Under the pieces are notes generated by a model, which was not told where the DNA came from, made no database searches, and saw only the letters and a program-made list of their open reading frames with translations. From an uncultured Spartobacteria bacterium (GTDB taxonomy: Bacteria; Verrucomicrobiota; Verrucomicrobiia; Chthoniobacterales; UBA6821), in NCBI GenBank assembly GCA_903913785.1, contig CAIWMF010000009.1, positions 2,878 through 66,877 on the forward strand: a stretch of DNA of 64,000 bases, given 5' to 3'. Positions 51,074-61,618 of the stretch are shown here, piece by piece (within the stretch, counting starts at the first letter, position 1; every line of letters starts with the position of its first letter). The position numbers and the translations under genes were made by a program.

Positions 51074-52387
51074 TCAAAAGAGTTCACTCACTATCCACGC
51101 CTCAAGGCTTTTGCATAATGCTTCCACGGCTTGATCAATCTCTTCTTCGCTAGTACACAGTGGAGGCATCAGCACAATGGTGTCTAAAACCGGGCGTGTT
51201 AAAAGGCCATGTGCTCGTGCGGCCATGCAAACTTTGGCGCCCATGTATGCTTGCTTAGGATAGGGAATGTTCGCTCGTGCATCCTCCATGATCTCAATGC
51301 CAGCAATCAGGCCACATTGTCTGACTTCGCCGACATGAGGGAGCTCTTGGAGTCTTTTAAGAGAACGGGAGAAGTGTGCTATTTTTGAGGCAAGTGTTTC
51401 TAAAACCAATTCGGTTTCAAAAATTTCGAGGCTTGCAAGCGCTGCAGCGCAGGCGATCGGATTGGCCGTGTAGCTATGACCGTAGTAAAAGGTTTTCTCT
51501 TCATGCATCTTTCCTAAAAAAGCTTCGTAAATTTTCTCTTGTGTCATGGTGGCCGCCAGTGGGAGGACTCCGCCGGTAAGGCCTTTGGCTAAGACAAGAA
51601 AATCAGGAATGACTCCCTCTTGTTCACAGGCGAACATCGTACCAGTGCGTCCAAAGCCAGTCATGACCTCATCAAGGATGAGTAAAATACCCTGTTCATC
51701 ACAAAAACCTCTAAGCTCACGTAACATGCCTGGTGGCCACAGCCTCATCCCAGCGACTCCCTGAATAAGGGGTTCGATGATAATACCAGCGATGGTGCTT
51801 GGATTGGGAAGTTTTTCAAGCATGCTGATATGACTGATTTGCTCAACAGGAAAATGAATCATTTCAAATCGTTCTGAAAAAAGATTCTTTCCACTCAGGC
51901 TTGCTGCACCTGCCGTATCTCCGTGATAAGCGTTTCTAAAGCTTACCAAGCGCTGGCGTTCGGGATGACCGGTAAGCTGCCAATACTGAAGTGTCATTTT
52001 AAGAGCTACTTCAATGGCTGTAGAACCATTGTCTGAGAAAAAAACTCTTTCAAGTTGTTTTCCAGGGAAAAGCCCCACCAGCCTTTCTGCAAGCATGATG
52101 GCCTTGGGATGGGTAGTTCCTAAAAATGAAGTATGGTCAAGAGTGGCTACTTGTTTGGCAATAGCCTCGATCATTCTGGGGTGAGCATGGCCGTGAATGT
52201 TGGTCCAGATCGAGCTGTTCCCATCGAAATATTTTCCCCCATGAATATCGTATAAAAAAGCTCCCTTGCCCGAGGTGATGATGAGTGGTTCCTGCTTCAC
52301 CCATTCTTGTTGCTGGGTAAAGGGATGCCAGAGGTGCTTGTGATCAAGGGCTGCAAGGCAGGAGGATTCTTGGAGTGAGGTGATCAT
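51074..52387 (-). CDS. bioA: adenosylmethionine-8-amino-7-oxononanoate aminotransferase
   Basis: 437-aa class-III aminotransferase with an N-terminal HLWHPFTQ motif typical of BioA. Confidence 0.88.
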   Translation of the reverse strand: MITSLQESSCLAALDHKHLWHPFTQQQEWVKQEPLIITSGKGAFLYDIHGGKYFDGNSSIWTNIHGHAHPRMIEAIAKQVATLDHTSFLGTTHPKAIMLAERLVGLFPGKQLERVFFSDNGSTAIEVALKMTLQYWQLTGHPERQRLVSFRNAYHGDTAGAASLSGKNLFSERFEMIHFPVEQISHISMLEKLPNPSTIAGIIIEPLIQGVAGMRLWPPGMLRELRGFCDEQGILLILDEVMTGFGRTGTMFACEQEGVIPDFLVLAKGLTGGVLPLAATMTQEKIYEAFLGKMHEEKTFYYGHSYTANPIACAAALASLEIFETELVLETLASKIAHFSRSLKRLQELPHVGEVRQCGLIAGIEIMEDARANIPYPKQAYMGAKVCMAARAHGLLTRPVLDTIVLMPPLCTSEEEIDQAVEALCKSLEAWIVSELF

Positions 52388-52408
52388 TTTAAAAAAAAGC
52401 TACACTCC

Positions 52409-52717
52409 TCAAGCAGGTTCTGCCCTGAGTTCTGCAAGCATCTCTTTTGCTAAGGTAATGTCACCATAGGAAGCACGTCTTCTACTATACTTACGCTCTA
52501 AGACATCTAAAAAATCGATAAGATCTCCTTCGGGGGGCTTTTTATGATAGGTCCATTTTTCCTCGTCAGTACGTTTGGACTGGAAGCGCCAGCGAGCAGC
52601 TTCTTTGGTCACACGAATTTCTCGTTTAATATGATCTTCATCTTTTACTGTCCATGCGTGGGAATTTCTCATCGTAATGCTCGTGAAAGTAGCATATTTT
52701 CTTCCCCCGTGAAACAT
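52409..52717 (-). CDS. small hypothetical protein upstream of bioA
   Basis: 102-aa ORF (the start could be the internal ATG at 52672), ending 22 nt upstream of bioA on the same strand. It is charged and I recognise no family. Confidence 0.4.
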   Translation of the reverse strand: MFHGGRKYATFTSITMRNSHAWTVKDEDHIKREIRVTKEAARWRFQSKRTDEEKWTYHKKPPEGDLIDFLDVLERKYSRRRASYGDITLAKEMLAELRAEPA

Positions 52718-53632
52718 TTAGCAAAAATCTTTTTTTATCTTTTATTTTCAGTCCTCCTAGGAGCGATAGTCGCTCCCTGGATTTATAGGGGAATCCAGAG
52801 AGTACCTGCTGTTGATTTTGGAAATGTTGCGTCCTTTATTCTTGAGGTTCAAAAGATGCCTTTTCATCGCTATTTTTCACGCTCTATCCAGGTCGCCGCT
52901 CTGCTTCTTCTCTGGCCTACATTCAGATGGCTCGGTATCTATGACCTTGCCGGTTGTTCCATTTATCCAAACAAATATGCACGCGCTGATCTTTTGTTTG
53001 GAATTCTTAGTGCGCTTCTCCCTCTTGCTTTACTAGAGATATTGTTTCTTTGGAAAGGATGGTATGTTTTTACACCCATGGTGCATCTTCTCTTGTTGAT
53101 GAAGTTTCTCATGACAGCCGTAGTCGTAGCCATGCTCGAGGAATATTTCTTTCGAGGTCTTTTGTTAGGCATCTGCCGTCGGGCTTTTGGAGATCAAGGA
53201 GCACTTTGGTTGACATCCCTTTTTTTTGCAGCACTTCATTTTCTTAATATGCCTCATGGAGGAGAGATCTCTGTTGATTGGTTCAGTGGCCTGCGACTCT
53301 TGGGAGAGGTAGGTGAGGGCTTACCGAAGATACCGCTCTTATTGGGAGCCTTTACTACACTGACACTGTTAGGAATCATCTTAGCTTGGGTGACACTGCG
53401 CACCCATTCCCTTTGGCTGGCCATTGGCTTACATGCGGCCTGGATTTTTGGTCAGCAATCCTTCAATCAGATAGCCCTCTATGCTATTTCAACAGCTGAT
53501 CGTATGTTCCCTTGGCTTGGAAGACCACAAGTCCATGGTATGGTTCCAGTCGGCGTTCTCCCATTGCTTTCACTTGTGTTAACACTCGTCTTTTTAAAAA
53601 TGTGGTGTGATCTCAAGCATTCGAATTCCTAA
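52709..53632 (+). CDS. CPBP family intramembrane glutamic endopeptidase (second paralogue)
   Basis: The track ORF from 52544 overlaps the divergent small ORF. An in-frame GTG at 52709 gives VKHLAKIFFYLLF... Contains EEYFFRGLLLG and FAALHFLN motifs. The start is uncertain. Confidence 0.75.
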   Translation: MKHLAKIFFYLLFSVLLGAIVAPWIYRGIQRVPAVDFGNVASFILEVQKMPFHRYFSRSIQVAALLLLWPTFRWLGIYDLAGCSIYPNKYARADLLFGILSALLPLALLEILFLWKGWYVFTPMVHLLLLMKFLMTAVVVAMLEEYFFRGLLLGICRRAFGDQGALWLTSLFFAALHFLNMPHGGEISVDWFSGLRLLGEVGEGLPKIPLLLGAFTTLTLLGIILAWVTLRTHSLWLAIGLHAAWIFGQQSFNQIALYAISTADRMFPWLGRPQVHGMVPVGVLPLLSLVLTLVFLKMWCDLKHSNS

Positions 53633-53761
53633 TGAGACTCCGTGGTTGCAAGGGAATTAGAAAATAAGAAAGCTTGGTCTTTGGCCTTGTACTTAAAAAA
53701 ATTACTGTGCTTCTAACGCGCCCTTCTCCATTTAATAGACTATAGTTTCTCTTTTTCTTGC

Positions 53762-54595
53762 ATGTCTTCACAACATTCTCTTCTCTTTAAACAGGCTCTT
53801 GAAGCCGTAGAGCCCTTACTTAGCAGTATGAATCACAATTTTTCCAAGGCACCCAAAGCCTCTCAAACAAGTCTCCAACAATTGATGAAGGCCACACTTC
53901 CTCCTTCTTTTTCTCAAGATTTTATTCCGCCCAAAAGCGCTCCTCTCATCCTGCCTCACAATCAGGATGGTCGCGTGGAGAAACTGGCGCTTCTCCGTGC
54001 TGAGGCGCTTGCTTGCACGCGCTGTGCGCATCTTGTGGAGGGGCGAACGCAGGTGGTCTTTGGCGTAGGAAATCCGTATGCCGAGCTCTTCTTTGTGGGT
54101 GAGGCTCCTGGGGAGGAAGAAGATCTCCGAGGTGAGCCCTTTGTGGGACGATCAGGAGCCTTGCTAACCAAAATCCTGCAAGCCATGGGGTATGCGCGTG
54201 AGGAGATTTATATTGCCAATATTCTTAAGTGCCGTCCTAACATGCCTCCCCAAGTCTCGGGCAACCGCAAGCCTAAGCCCGAGGAGATGAATACATGTAT
54301 CCCCTGGTTACAACAACAGATCGAGCTCATCAAGCCACGTGTCCTTGTTGCCTGGGGGGCAACCGCCATGGAGGGGCTCTTAGGATCCTCGATGTTGCTG
54401 CGTGAGGCACGAGGTAGATGGTTTGATTTTTTAAATATCCCTCTGATGGTGACCTATCATCCGGCTTATCTTTTGAGAAATCAAACGCTCGCCGAGAAGC
54501 GCAAGGTCTGGGAGGATATGCTCCAGGTGCTTAAAAAGCTAGAGCGTCCCATTAGTGCCAAGCAGCGTGCTTTTTTCTTAGAGAAGTCGGTCTGA
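53762..54595 (+). CDS. uracil-DNA glycosylase, family 4
   Basis: 277 aa. GEAPGEEEDLRGEPFVGRSGALL motif and an upstream Cys pair (CTRC) for the Fe-S cluster, with an N-terminal extension of about 90 aa. Confidence 0.85.
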   Translation: MSSQHSLLFKQALEAVEPLLSSMNHNFSKAPKASQTSLQQLMKATLPPSFSQDFIPPKSAPLILPHNQDGRVEKLALLRAEALACTRCAHLVEGRTQVVFGVGNPYAELFFVGEAPGEEEDLRGEPFVGRSGALLTKILQAMGYAREEIYIANILKCRPNMPPQVSGNRKPKPEEMNTCIPWLQQQIELIKPRVLVAWGATAMEGLLGSSMLLREARGRWFDFLNIPLMVTYHPAYLLRNQTLAEKRKVWEDMLQVLKKLERPISAKQRAFFLEKSV

Positions 54596-54605
54596 TTTTT
54601 TTGTT

Positions 54606-55328
54606 ATGACACATCTCTCAGTCAATATTAATAAAATAGCCACCTTGCGTAATGCCCGGGGAGGCAATATCCCTGATGTCCTCCAAGTTGCGGTGGATAG
54701 CGAGCGTTTTGGGGGAGATGGGATCACAGTACACCCACGACCTGATGAACGTCATATTCGCTATGATGATGTGCGCGCGCTCAAGAAAATCGTACGAGGA
54801 GAATTTAATATTGAAGGCAACCCAACCCATCAACCCTTTGTTGATCTTGTCCTAGAGGTCTGTCCCGATCAGGTCACCCTTGTTCCTGATACCGATGGGC
54901 AAATGACTTCTGATCATGGATGGGACACACTCAAGCACGCAGTCTATTTAAGAAAGATCGTTTCTCTTTTTCAACAAGCAGGTATTCGGGTGTCTCTCTT
55001 TGTCGATCCTCTGCTCTCGATGGTCGAGGGGAGCAAGGCGCTAGGGGCAGATCGTATCGAGCTCTACACGGAGAGTTATGCGCGTCTCTACCAGAGAGGT
55101 CTGCGCGAAGAGGCTATTCAACCCTACCTTGAGGCGGCCAGGCTCGCCCGAGAGCTTGAGCTCGGAGTCAATGCAGGACATGACTTGGATTTAAAAAATA
55201 TCACCTTTTTAACGCAGACCATTCCCTGGATTGCCGAAGTGAGTATCGGGCATGCACTCATTGCGGAGTCACTTTACTTGGGGCTTGAAAAGACCATTGC
55301 CTGCTACAAAAAAGAATTACTCAGATGA
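54606..55328 (+). CDS. pdxJ: pyridoxine 5'-phosphate synthase
   Basis: 240 aa. The LSVNINKIATLRNARGG N-terminus is typical of PdxJ. Confidence 0.92.
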   Translation: MTHLSVNINKIATLRNARGGNIPDVLQVAVDSERFGGDGITVHPRPDERHIRYDDVRALKKIVRGEFNIEGNPTHQPFVDLVLEVCPDQVTLVPDTDGQMTSDHGWDTLKHAVYLRKIVSLFQQAGIRVSLFVDPLLSMVEGSKALGADRIELYTESYARLYQRGLREEAIQPYLEAARLARELELGVNAGHDLDLKNITFLTQTIPWIAEVSIGHALIAESLYLGLEKTIACYKKELLR

Positions 55329-55942
55329 CTTCCCTTGACGAGATCACCTCGCAGGTGGGCGAACGATTGGAGCAGCAGATCGCCTTCATCCTAGAAATCG
55401 ATAGGCTCAAGACGGTCCTGCGCAAGACGAAATTGCTCCATGAGGAGCGTTTTGAAAATTCTGCCGAGCATAGTTGGCAGTTAGCACTCGCTGCCGTGAT
55501 TCTTGCCGAGTATGCCAATGAGAGTCTTGAGATCACCCGTGTTCTAAAAATGCTCCTCATTCACGATCTCATAGAAATCTATTCAGGTGATACATTTCAT
55601 TATGATAAGGAGGCTGATCCAACCCTCAGCATCAGGGAGCGGGAAGGGGCAAGGAAAATTTTTGCTCTCTTGCCACCCGACCAGGAGAAAGAACTCTTGA
55701 CGCTCTGGATGGAATTTGAAGAGCAGGCCACTGCCGAGGCGCAATTTTCCACAAGCATTGATCGCCTGATGCCGCTCCTCCTCCACGCCTCCAGACAAGA
55801 CAAAGGAGCTCCTCGTGTGAGCACCACGCAGATGCTAGAAAAAAATAGACAGATTCAACAGGGATCACAACAACTCTGGGCCCTTGCACAAGCAGTGATC
55901 GCAGGCCCGCTCACGCACAGGACCCCAGACATCTCTTTGTGA
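55325..55942 (+). CDS. HD-domain phosphohydrolase (YfbR-like)
   Basis: 205 aa with an NSAEHSW ... LLIHDLIEIYSGD pattern. Overlaps pdxJ by 4 nt. Confidence 0.75.
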   Translation: MTSLDEITSQVGERLEQQIAFILEIDRLKTVLRKTKLLHEERFENSAEHSWQLALAAVILAEYANESLEITRVLKMLLIHDLIEIYSGDTFHYDKEADPTLSIREREGARKIFALLPPDQEKELLTLWMEFEEQATAEAQFSTSIDRLMPLLLHASRQDKGAPRVSTTQMLEKNRQIQQGSQQLWALAQAVIAGPLTHRTPDISL

Positions 55943-56175
55943 TCATCATCACGAGAGACCCCGCGGATCACTACAAGAACGTTTTGATCAAACGTCATCA
56001 CCATGAATGTAGCCATGAATTCTTAAAAAAACACTTCCCTTCGCATGAAAATCTATTCTATGATTTCTGAACCTGCGTGAATTCAAGTAACGTGAGAAAA
56101 TCAAAACCAATGTCTTGAGTCCCTTGAATCTTGAGCCTGTAGATTCCATACTAAGAAAAAAAAATAACAAAATTT

Positions 56176-56943
56176 ATGCGTACTTATTTTAATGGTGTCG
56201 ATACTCGCGGAGCGTTTGGAAAGTTACATGAGGGAGAGGTACCAAAGCATGCATTCACCGGAAGACTCGGTGGTCATAAAGTCACAGTAGCTGATTTTGG
56301 TCCAACCGTCAATAAAGGCTTGAGAACCGCGATGCGGCTTCCTGGATATGCTCTAGTGGCTGCAGGTGCGCAAAAAACGGCTGAAGAGTTCTATCCAAAA
56401 TTATCAGTTAAAAAGTACCTCGCTGCAGAGTGTGTTCACACACTGGAACACCTAACCGCTGCGTCTCGAAAAGTGCGCGAAAATCGTGAGTTCGATGCAA
56501 AACAAGCAAAGAAAAACAAGACTGCAGATGAGCAATATACTCCGAGAAACCCTGTCAGGACTCACGGTAATAGTGGTCGTTTACCAATCTCCACAAGCAC
56601 TTCAGGTAGCACTGACCCTCAGCCTTCTAGCCCGGTACCCAATTTTTTTGATCATAACCCTATTAGTCAGGTTAATGAGGATACGCTGCGCAGTCGCTCT
56701 CCTAGTGTGGCTAGTGATGATAGTTATGATAGTGATGATAGTGATGATAGTGATGATAGTGTGGGTAGTGATGCTAGTAGTAACTTTGATTTTTATGAAA
56801 CACAAGAGCCCCCAGAAGAGCCCCTAAATACAGCAGCAGAAGTAGCAGACATAACACAAGGGTTAGAGAAGTATGCTACAGAAACAAATATCCCCGCTAA
56901 AATAGGAGCAGACATAGCACAAGCGTTACAGAAAAAAGCATAA
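56176..56943 (+). CDS. hypothetical protein with an acidic Ser/Asp repeat tract
   Basis: 255-aa ORF. I recognise no family. Its C-terminal half contains DDSYDSDDSDDSDDSVGSD. Confidence 0.5.
   Translation: MRTYFNGVDTRGAFGKLHEGEVPKHAFTGRLGGHKVTVADFGPTVNKGLRTAMRLPGYALVAAGAQKTAEEFYPKLSVKKYLAAECVHTLEHLTAASRKVRENREFDAKQAKKNKTADEQYTPRNPVRTHGNSGRLPISTSTSGSTDPQPSSPVPNFFDHNPISQVNEDTLRSRSPSVASDDSYDSDDSDDSDDSVGSDASSNFDFYETQEPPEEPLNTAAEVADITQGLEKYATETNIPAKIGADIAQALQKKA
56713..56781 (+). repeat. 9-bp coding microsatellite (AGTGATGAT and variants, about 7.5 units)
   Basis: AGTGATGAT AGTTATGAT AGTGATGAT AGTGATGAT AGTGATGAT AGTGTGGGT AGTGATGCT AGTAGT. Confidence 0.9.
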
Positions 56944-57079
56944 TATCATCGTGAACTAGAGTCATGGGACGCCTCATCTACAATCATGATGCTTTCTCTA
57001 TAAGTCTGATCCTGCTACGATCACGTCTCTGCTACTCACGCGTGACTCTCTTGCTGAGAACCTTATTTGCGGTCCTGGC

Positions 57080-57137
57080 CCGCACGCATCATCTTCGCGG
57101 TCTCCTCGTCACGATCAGTATGAAATATTCGGGCTAG
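57080..57137. repeat. MITE-family solo end upstream of dnaG
   Basis: ...CATCATCTTCGCGGTCTCCTCGTCACGATCAGTATGAAATATTCGGGCTAG matches the right-end type of copies C and G. No partner terminus is found within about 200 nt upstream. Confidence 0.7.
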
Positions 57138-57209
57138 ATTGCGGATGCTAAGGGCATGCGAGTCTTTGTACTTGCCGAGTATCTATGCCTTGTGCAAGTA
57201 GTCTATTGC

Positions 57210-58991
57210 ATGAAAATTTCCCAAGAGAGTATTGAGCGAGTTGCTTCGGCCTGTAATATCGTCGATGTCGTGTCTTCGTATTTTCCGCTCAAGCGAGCTG
57301 GGGTGAATTTTCGAGCGCTCTGCCCGTTTCATCATGAGAAGAGCCCATCGTTTTATGTGAATGAGGTTCGGCAGACATTTCATTGTTTTGGTTGTGGTGT
57401 GGGTGGGGGAGTGTTTCGATTCGTGATGGATTACGAACATCTTGATTTTCCCACGGCTGTGCGTCGTTTGGCAGAACGTTCGGGCATCACGCTTGTTGAG
57501 GAATCCAGTGCCCAGGATATCAGCGCGCGTAGTGAGCGTGCTCGGCTTCTTGACCTCCATCATAAAGCGGCCCTTTGGTATCACCATCAGCTCCTTCGCT
57601 CTCCTGCTGCTCTAGAAGCACGCAGTTATTTAAAACAACGTGGGTTTTCTAAAGAAATCGCTGTCGCCTGGCAGCTTGGCTATGCTCCTCGGAGCTGGGA
57701 CGCCTTGAAAAAATGGGGGATTTTGGAGGGGTTTCGTGCTTCAGAGCTTGTGGCGGCGGGACTCCTCTTAAAACGTGATTCCAACGAGACCTATGATCGT
57801 TTTCGCGATCGCTTGATGTTTCCTATTCGTAATGACTATGGGGAGGTGATTGCTTTTAGTGGGCGAATATTGTCTGCTGCTTCTCCAGAAGGCAAATATG
57901 TGAACTCGCCGGAAACATCGCTTTTTAAAAAAGGAAACATTCTCTTTGGCATGGATAAAAGCAAGCGGGCCTTAGTTCAAAAAGGCGAGGCCATTGTTCT
58001 AGAAGGACAAATGGATCTCATTGCTGCTTTTGAACATGGTTGTGAGAATGTGGTTGCCCCGCAAGGAACCGCCTTTACCTTGGAGCAAGCTCGGTTGTTG
58101 CGACGTTTTGTCGAGCGCGTGATTCTTTGTTTTGATTCTGATAATGCTGGCATGACGGCTGTGGAGCGTTCTTTGCCGGCCTTGTTTGCCAATGGTTTTC
58201 AAGTGCGTGTTGCGCAATTGCCATCTGGAGAGGATCCCGATTCCATGATTCAAAAGCAGGGCATCGACTCTTTTCAAAAACTTCTTTCCGGTGCTGAAGA
58301 TTTTTTTGATTACTCTATTCATAGAGCACAAGGTGACGCTGGGCTTGCGTTATCTCCGCATCGTGTTGCCCTCTTGGCAAAACAACTAGCTGGATATTTA
58401 ACGCTTTTGCCTGATGCTGTTTTACGAGAAAGAACAAGCGAGCAGGTTGCGCTCAGGTTGGGGATTTCTCGTGCGGCGTTGCTGTCAGCGACTTCTCCTG
58501 TTGTGCTATCTTCACGAGAAAACGTGGAACAAGAAACACGTATCCTTCGAAAAAAAATCTCTGCTGGTACAGAATTGTTATGTCGTTTAGCACTTGTGCA
58601 TCGTGAGGTAAGGGAGTGGTTGTCTCAGCAGAAATCACCGATGCCCCACGAACTCGATCCTGAGCTCGTACTCCTTGAGGAGTTGCTGGTCAGTAATGTT
58701 GTGTCTTCATCGCAACCCATTGGAGCGCTCCTGCCATCTCTCTCTCTCTGTTTACAGCACTTGATTCCTTCTTGGGATCTAGAGAAGACGGTGCCAGATC
58801 CTTTGTGTGCGGCACAAGAGGTCTGGTCCGGGTTTTACGTTGCTTATTTGAAGCGCCAACAAAGTGAGGCAACTCAACAATTACGACAACCAGGCATCTC
58901 TCCAGAGCAGATTCTTAGTATCCAGCAAGAAATTCTTGATCTTCAAGATTCGATACGTAACTCTTCCCGTCGTTTGGCACCTGTGGCTTAG
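57210..58991 (+). CDS. dnaG: DNA primase
   Basis: Track ORF from ATG 57156; ATG at 57210 (MKISQESIERV...) fits DnaG N-termini better. Contains a zinc ribbon (CPFHHEKSPSF...CFGCG) and a TOPRIM domain. Confidence 0.92.
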   Translation: MKISQESIERVASACNIVDVVSSYFPLKRAGVNFRALCPFHHEKSPSFYVNEVRQTFHCFGCGVGGGVFRFVMDYEHLDFPTAVRRLAERSGITLVEESSAQDISARSERARLLDLHHKAALWYHHQLLRSPAALEARSYLKQRGFSKEIAVAWQLGYAPRSWDALKKWGILEGFRASELVAAGLLLKRDSNETYDRFRDRLMFPIRNDYGEVIAFSGRILSAASPEGKYVNSPETSLFKKGNILFGMDKSKRALVQKGEAIVLEGQMDLIAAFEHGCENVVAPQGTAFTLEQARLLRRFVERVILCFDSDNAGMTAVERSLPALFANGFQVRVAQLPSGEDPDSMIQKQGIDSFQKLLSGAEDFFDYSIHRAQGDAGLALSPHRVALLAKQLAGYLTLLPDAVLRERTSEQVALRLGISRAALLSATSPVVLSSRENVEQETRILRKKISAGTELLCRLALVHREVREWLSQQKSPMPHELDPELVLLEELLVSNVVSSSQPIGALLPSLSLCLQHLIPSWDLEKTVPDPLCAAQEVWSGFYVAYLKRQQSEATQQLRQPGISPEQILSIQQEILDLQDSIRNSSRRLAPVA

Positions 58992-59095
58992 AAAATGCAG
59001 GGCACGTTTTTCCCATCAAGAAGGAGGAAGCCTGGCGCCAAAAAGAACAAAGTTATTTGTTGCGCAAGGTAGGCAACTTGCTCCGCGCGCACAAA

Positions 59096-59116
59096 GTATA
59101 AAATATTTGGGACTAG
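59096..59116. repeat. degenerate MITE-family terminus upstream of rpoD
   Basis: GTATAAAATATTTGGGACTAG differs from GTATGAAATATTCGGGCTAG by two substitutions and one indel. Confidence 0.4.
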
Positions 59117-59139
59117 TATTTCTTTAAAAAGCGAGTATA

Positions 59140-61365
59140 TTGACTTGTTGCCCGTTTATTCTTGCCTTCGTATTATTTTTAACAGCTTTAAAATCAGTGA
59201 CTAAAAAGAAATTTTCCTTATCTGCTAAGACAAAGAACCATGCTTCTCCCGCAAAGAAAAGTTCATTGCCAAAAAATACGATTGTTAAAAAAAACAGGAC
59301 ATCGATTCCTCTGAAGCCTGTCACAAAAAAAGCAATCCCTAAAAAGGCTCAGCCCGTTGTGGATAAGCAACGAAAGTCAACAAAAGTGACATCTTCTACA
59401 CACAAGGAAAAAGCACCTTTTAAGAAAAAGTCTCCACCCCCATCTCCTAAGGCTCAAAAGAAACTGACTCCCGAAGTTCTTAAAAAAAACTCTAAAAAGC
59501 CCTTGCCTTCATCGAAACCTTCTTCTCCAAAGGTTCTCAAAAAATCATTGACAATACGCCGCGAAGAAGCGAAGGAGGATTTCTCCTCCAAGCAGGCTTC
59601 TTTGCCTGCGCGCAAAGAAAAAAAGCAGCAAGAGAAAAAGCATTTAGATAGAGCTATCCCTGATGTTTCCTCAACAACAAGTGCTCTTTTCATTAAGAGC
59701 GATGTTATCCCAAAAAATCCTTTAGAAGCACAAAAGCTTTTACAGGAAAAGGTGAGGGAACTTTTAAAATTAGCCAAGGAGCAAGGATACATTACCTTTG
59801 AGGATCTAGAAGAGCATCTTCCTATAGGGATGAATAATCCCGAAACCGTAGAGTCTATCTTAACACAGCTCCGTATTGTAGAAATTGATATTATTGACTC
59901 CTCGGATGTTGATCGTGTGAAAGAGATCAAGAAATCCGATGATGACGATGATAAGGATGAAAAAGATGAAAAGTCAGATGGACGTCTAGATATTCTAGAT
60001 GACCCAGTACGTATGTATTTAAAGCAGATGGGGCAGGTCCCTTTGCTGACACGCGAGCAGGAAGTAGAAATTTCCAAACGCATTGAGCAGGCACAAACAG
60101 AAATGCAAAATGTGCTTTACCGTTTTGGCTTTGTTGCTCACGCACATATTGATCTAGCACAACGATTGATAGATGCTCGCGAGCGTTTTGACCGTGTGAT
60201 CTTAGATAAAAAAATCGAAAGTCGCGAACGGTATCTAAAAACACTTCCTCGTCTCTGCCAGCAGCTTCAAAGGCTTGCTTTAGAAACAGGTCTCGTGTAT
60301 AGCAAAAAAATTCTTTCAAAAAAAGAGCCCGCCTCTAAGGACGTGAAAGAAATGGAAAAACAAATTGAGGAAATTATTAAACTCTACCCTAGATTTTACT
60401 TTAAACAAAAAATTACTGAAGATTTTGTTACCTTAGCAGATGAACATCTTCGTCTCTTACAAGAATTGCGTTCTGAACATGAGACTCATGTTCAGAATCC
60501 GACGCCTACCTCACGTCGTCTCATCCAGGGGATTATTGTTCAACGCGATGAGCACCATCATCGCAATTGGATGTCTACAGAACTTTTTGAAATACGCTAT
60601 CGTGATCTCAAAAAGCATTTTCGTTCAGCCTTAAGAGCTAAAACAGAAATGGTGGAAGCAAATTTACGTCTTGTGATTTCCATCGCTAAAAAATATACCA
60701 ATCGGGGGCTCTCATTCTTGGACTTAATTCAAGAGGGCAACATGGGGCTTATGAAAGCGGTTGAGAAATTTGAATATCGTCGTGGATATAAATTTTCTAC
60801 TTATGCAACATGGTGGATTCGGCAGGCTATTACACGCTCTATCGCTGATCAGGCGCGTACGATCCGCATTCCGGTTCACATGATTGAAACGATCAATAAA
60901 TTGATCCGTGTCCAGAAACAGCTTGTTCAAGAGTATGGTCGTGAACCAACCCCTGAGGAAATTGCAGATGAAATTCAACTTCCTGTAGAGCGTGTACGAG
61001 CTGTGCTCAAGATGGCTCAGCAGCCTATTTCACTGCAGGCCCCTGTAGGAGATAGTGATGATACGAGTTTTGGTGATTTTATTGAGGACAAATCAGCCGA
61101 AAATCCAGCAGATATGGCTGCAATTGTTTTGCTAAAAGACAAAATTAAAGATGTTTTAGAATCATTGACAGAGCGTGAGCGCCAAGTCCTAGAACAACGA
61201 TTTGGTTTAGTAGATGGCTATTCTCGGACCCTTGAGGAGGTCGGGAAACAATTTAAAGTTACTCGAGAACGCATTCGACAGATCGAGGCGAAGGCTCTTC
61301 GTAAAATGAGGCATCCCACACGTCTGCGTCAACTAGAAGGGTTTCTTGAGCCAAAAGATCTATAA
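59140..61365 (+). CDS. rpoD: RNA polymerase primary sigma factor RpoD with a Lys/Pro/Ser-rich N-terminal extension
   Basis: 741-codon ORF. Regions 1.1-4 are clearly present ([48 protein letters not shown]). There is no ATG before codon 231, so the start must be non-ATG (TTG 59140, GTG 59197 or later). The exact start is unknown. Confidence 0.9.
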   Translation: MTCCPFILAFVLFLTALKSVTKKKFSLSAKTKNHASPAKKSSLPKNTIVKKNRTSIPLKPVTKKAIPKKAQPVVDKQRKSTKVTSSTHKEKAPFKKKSPPPSPKAQKKLTPEVLKKNSKKPLPSSKPSSPKVLKKSLTIRREEAKEDFSSKQASLPARKEKKQQEKKHLDRAIPDVSSTTSALFIKSDVIPKNPLEAQKLLQEKVRELLKLAKEQGYITFEDLEEHLPIGMNNPETVESILTQLRIVEIDIIDSSDVDRVKEIKKSDDDDDKDEKDEKSDGRLDILDDPVRMYLKQMGQVPLLTREQEVEISKRIEQAQTEMQNVLYRFGFVAHAHIDLAQRLIDARERFDRVILDKKIESRERYLKTLPRLCQQLQRLALETGLVYSKKILSKKEPASKDVKEMEKQIEEIIKLYPRFYFKQKITEDFVTLADEHLRLLQELRSEHETHVQNPTPTSRRLIQGIIVQRDEHHHRNWMSTELFEIRYRDLKKHFRSALRAKTEMVEANLRLVISIAKKYTNRGLSFLDLIQEGNMGLMKAVEKFEYRRGYKFSTYATWWIRQAITRSIADQARTIRIPVHMIETINKLIRVQKQLVQEYGREPTPEEIADEIQLPVERVRAVLKMAQQPISLQAPVGDSDDTSFGDFIEDKSAENPADMAAIVLLKDKIKDVLESLTERERQVLEQRFGLVDGYSRTLEEVGKQFKVTRERIRQIEAKALRKMRHPTRLRQLEGFLEPKDL

Positions 61366-61618
61366 ATTTTTTGTCTCTCCACGGTCGCCTTCGATCTTAC
61401 TCTTTCTAAAAGCTCTTGTGTTCCTTCATGTAATTGCAAAGTCATTTGATGATACCTTTGCCTGAGATTTATTCGAGCAAGGTATATCTTCAAAAATCAA
61501 AAACTCTCGGACAGCCTCTTTTACATGGACGTGGCATTAGAGAATTGCGTGCAAAAAGATACTCGGGTAATGTTAACAAATGTTTTTGCTAGCCAAGACA
61601 ACTGATTATTTTTTTCGA

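Noticed and set aside
56486-56827. Alternative-frame ORFs across the 9-bp microsatellite (56486..56827 plus strand, 56602..56805 minus strand), encoding IVMIVMIVM and ITIITIITI.
   Set aside because: These are artefacts of reading the same tandem repeat in other frames. The Ser/Asp frame is continuous with a longer ORF that has a plausible start.
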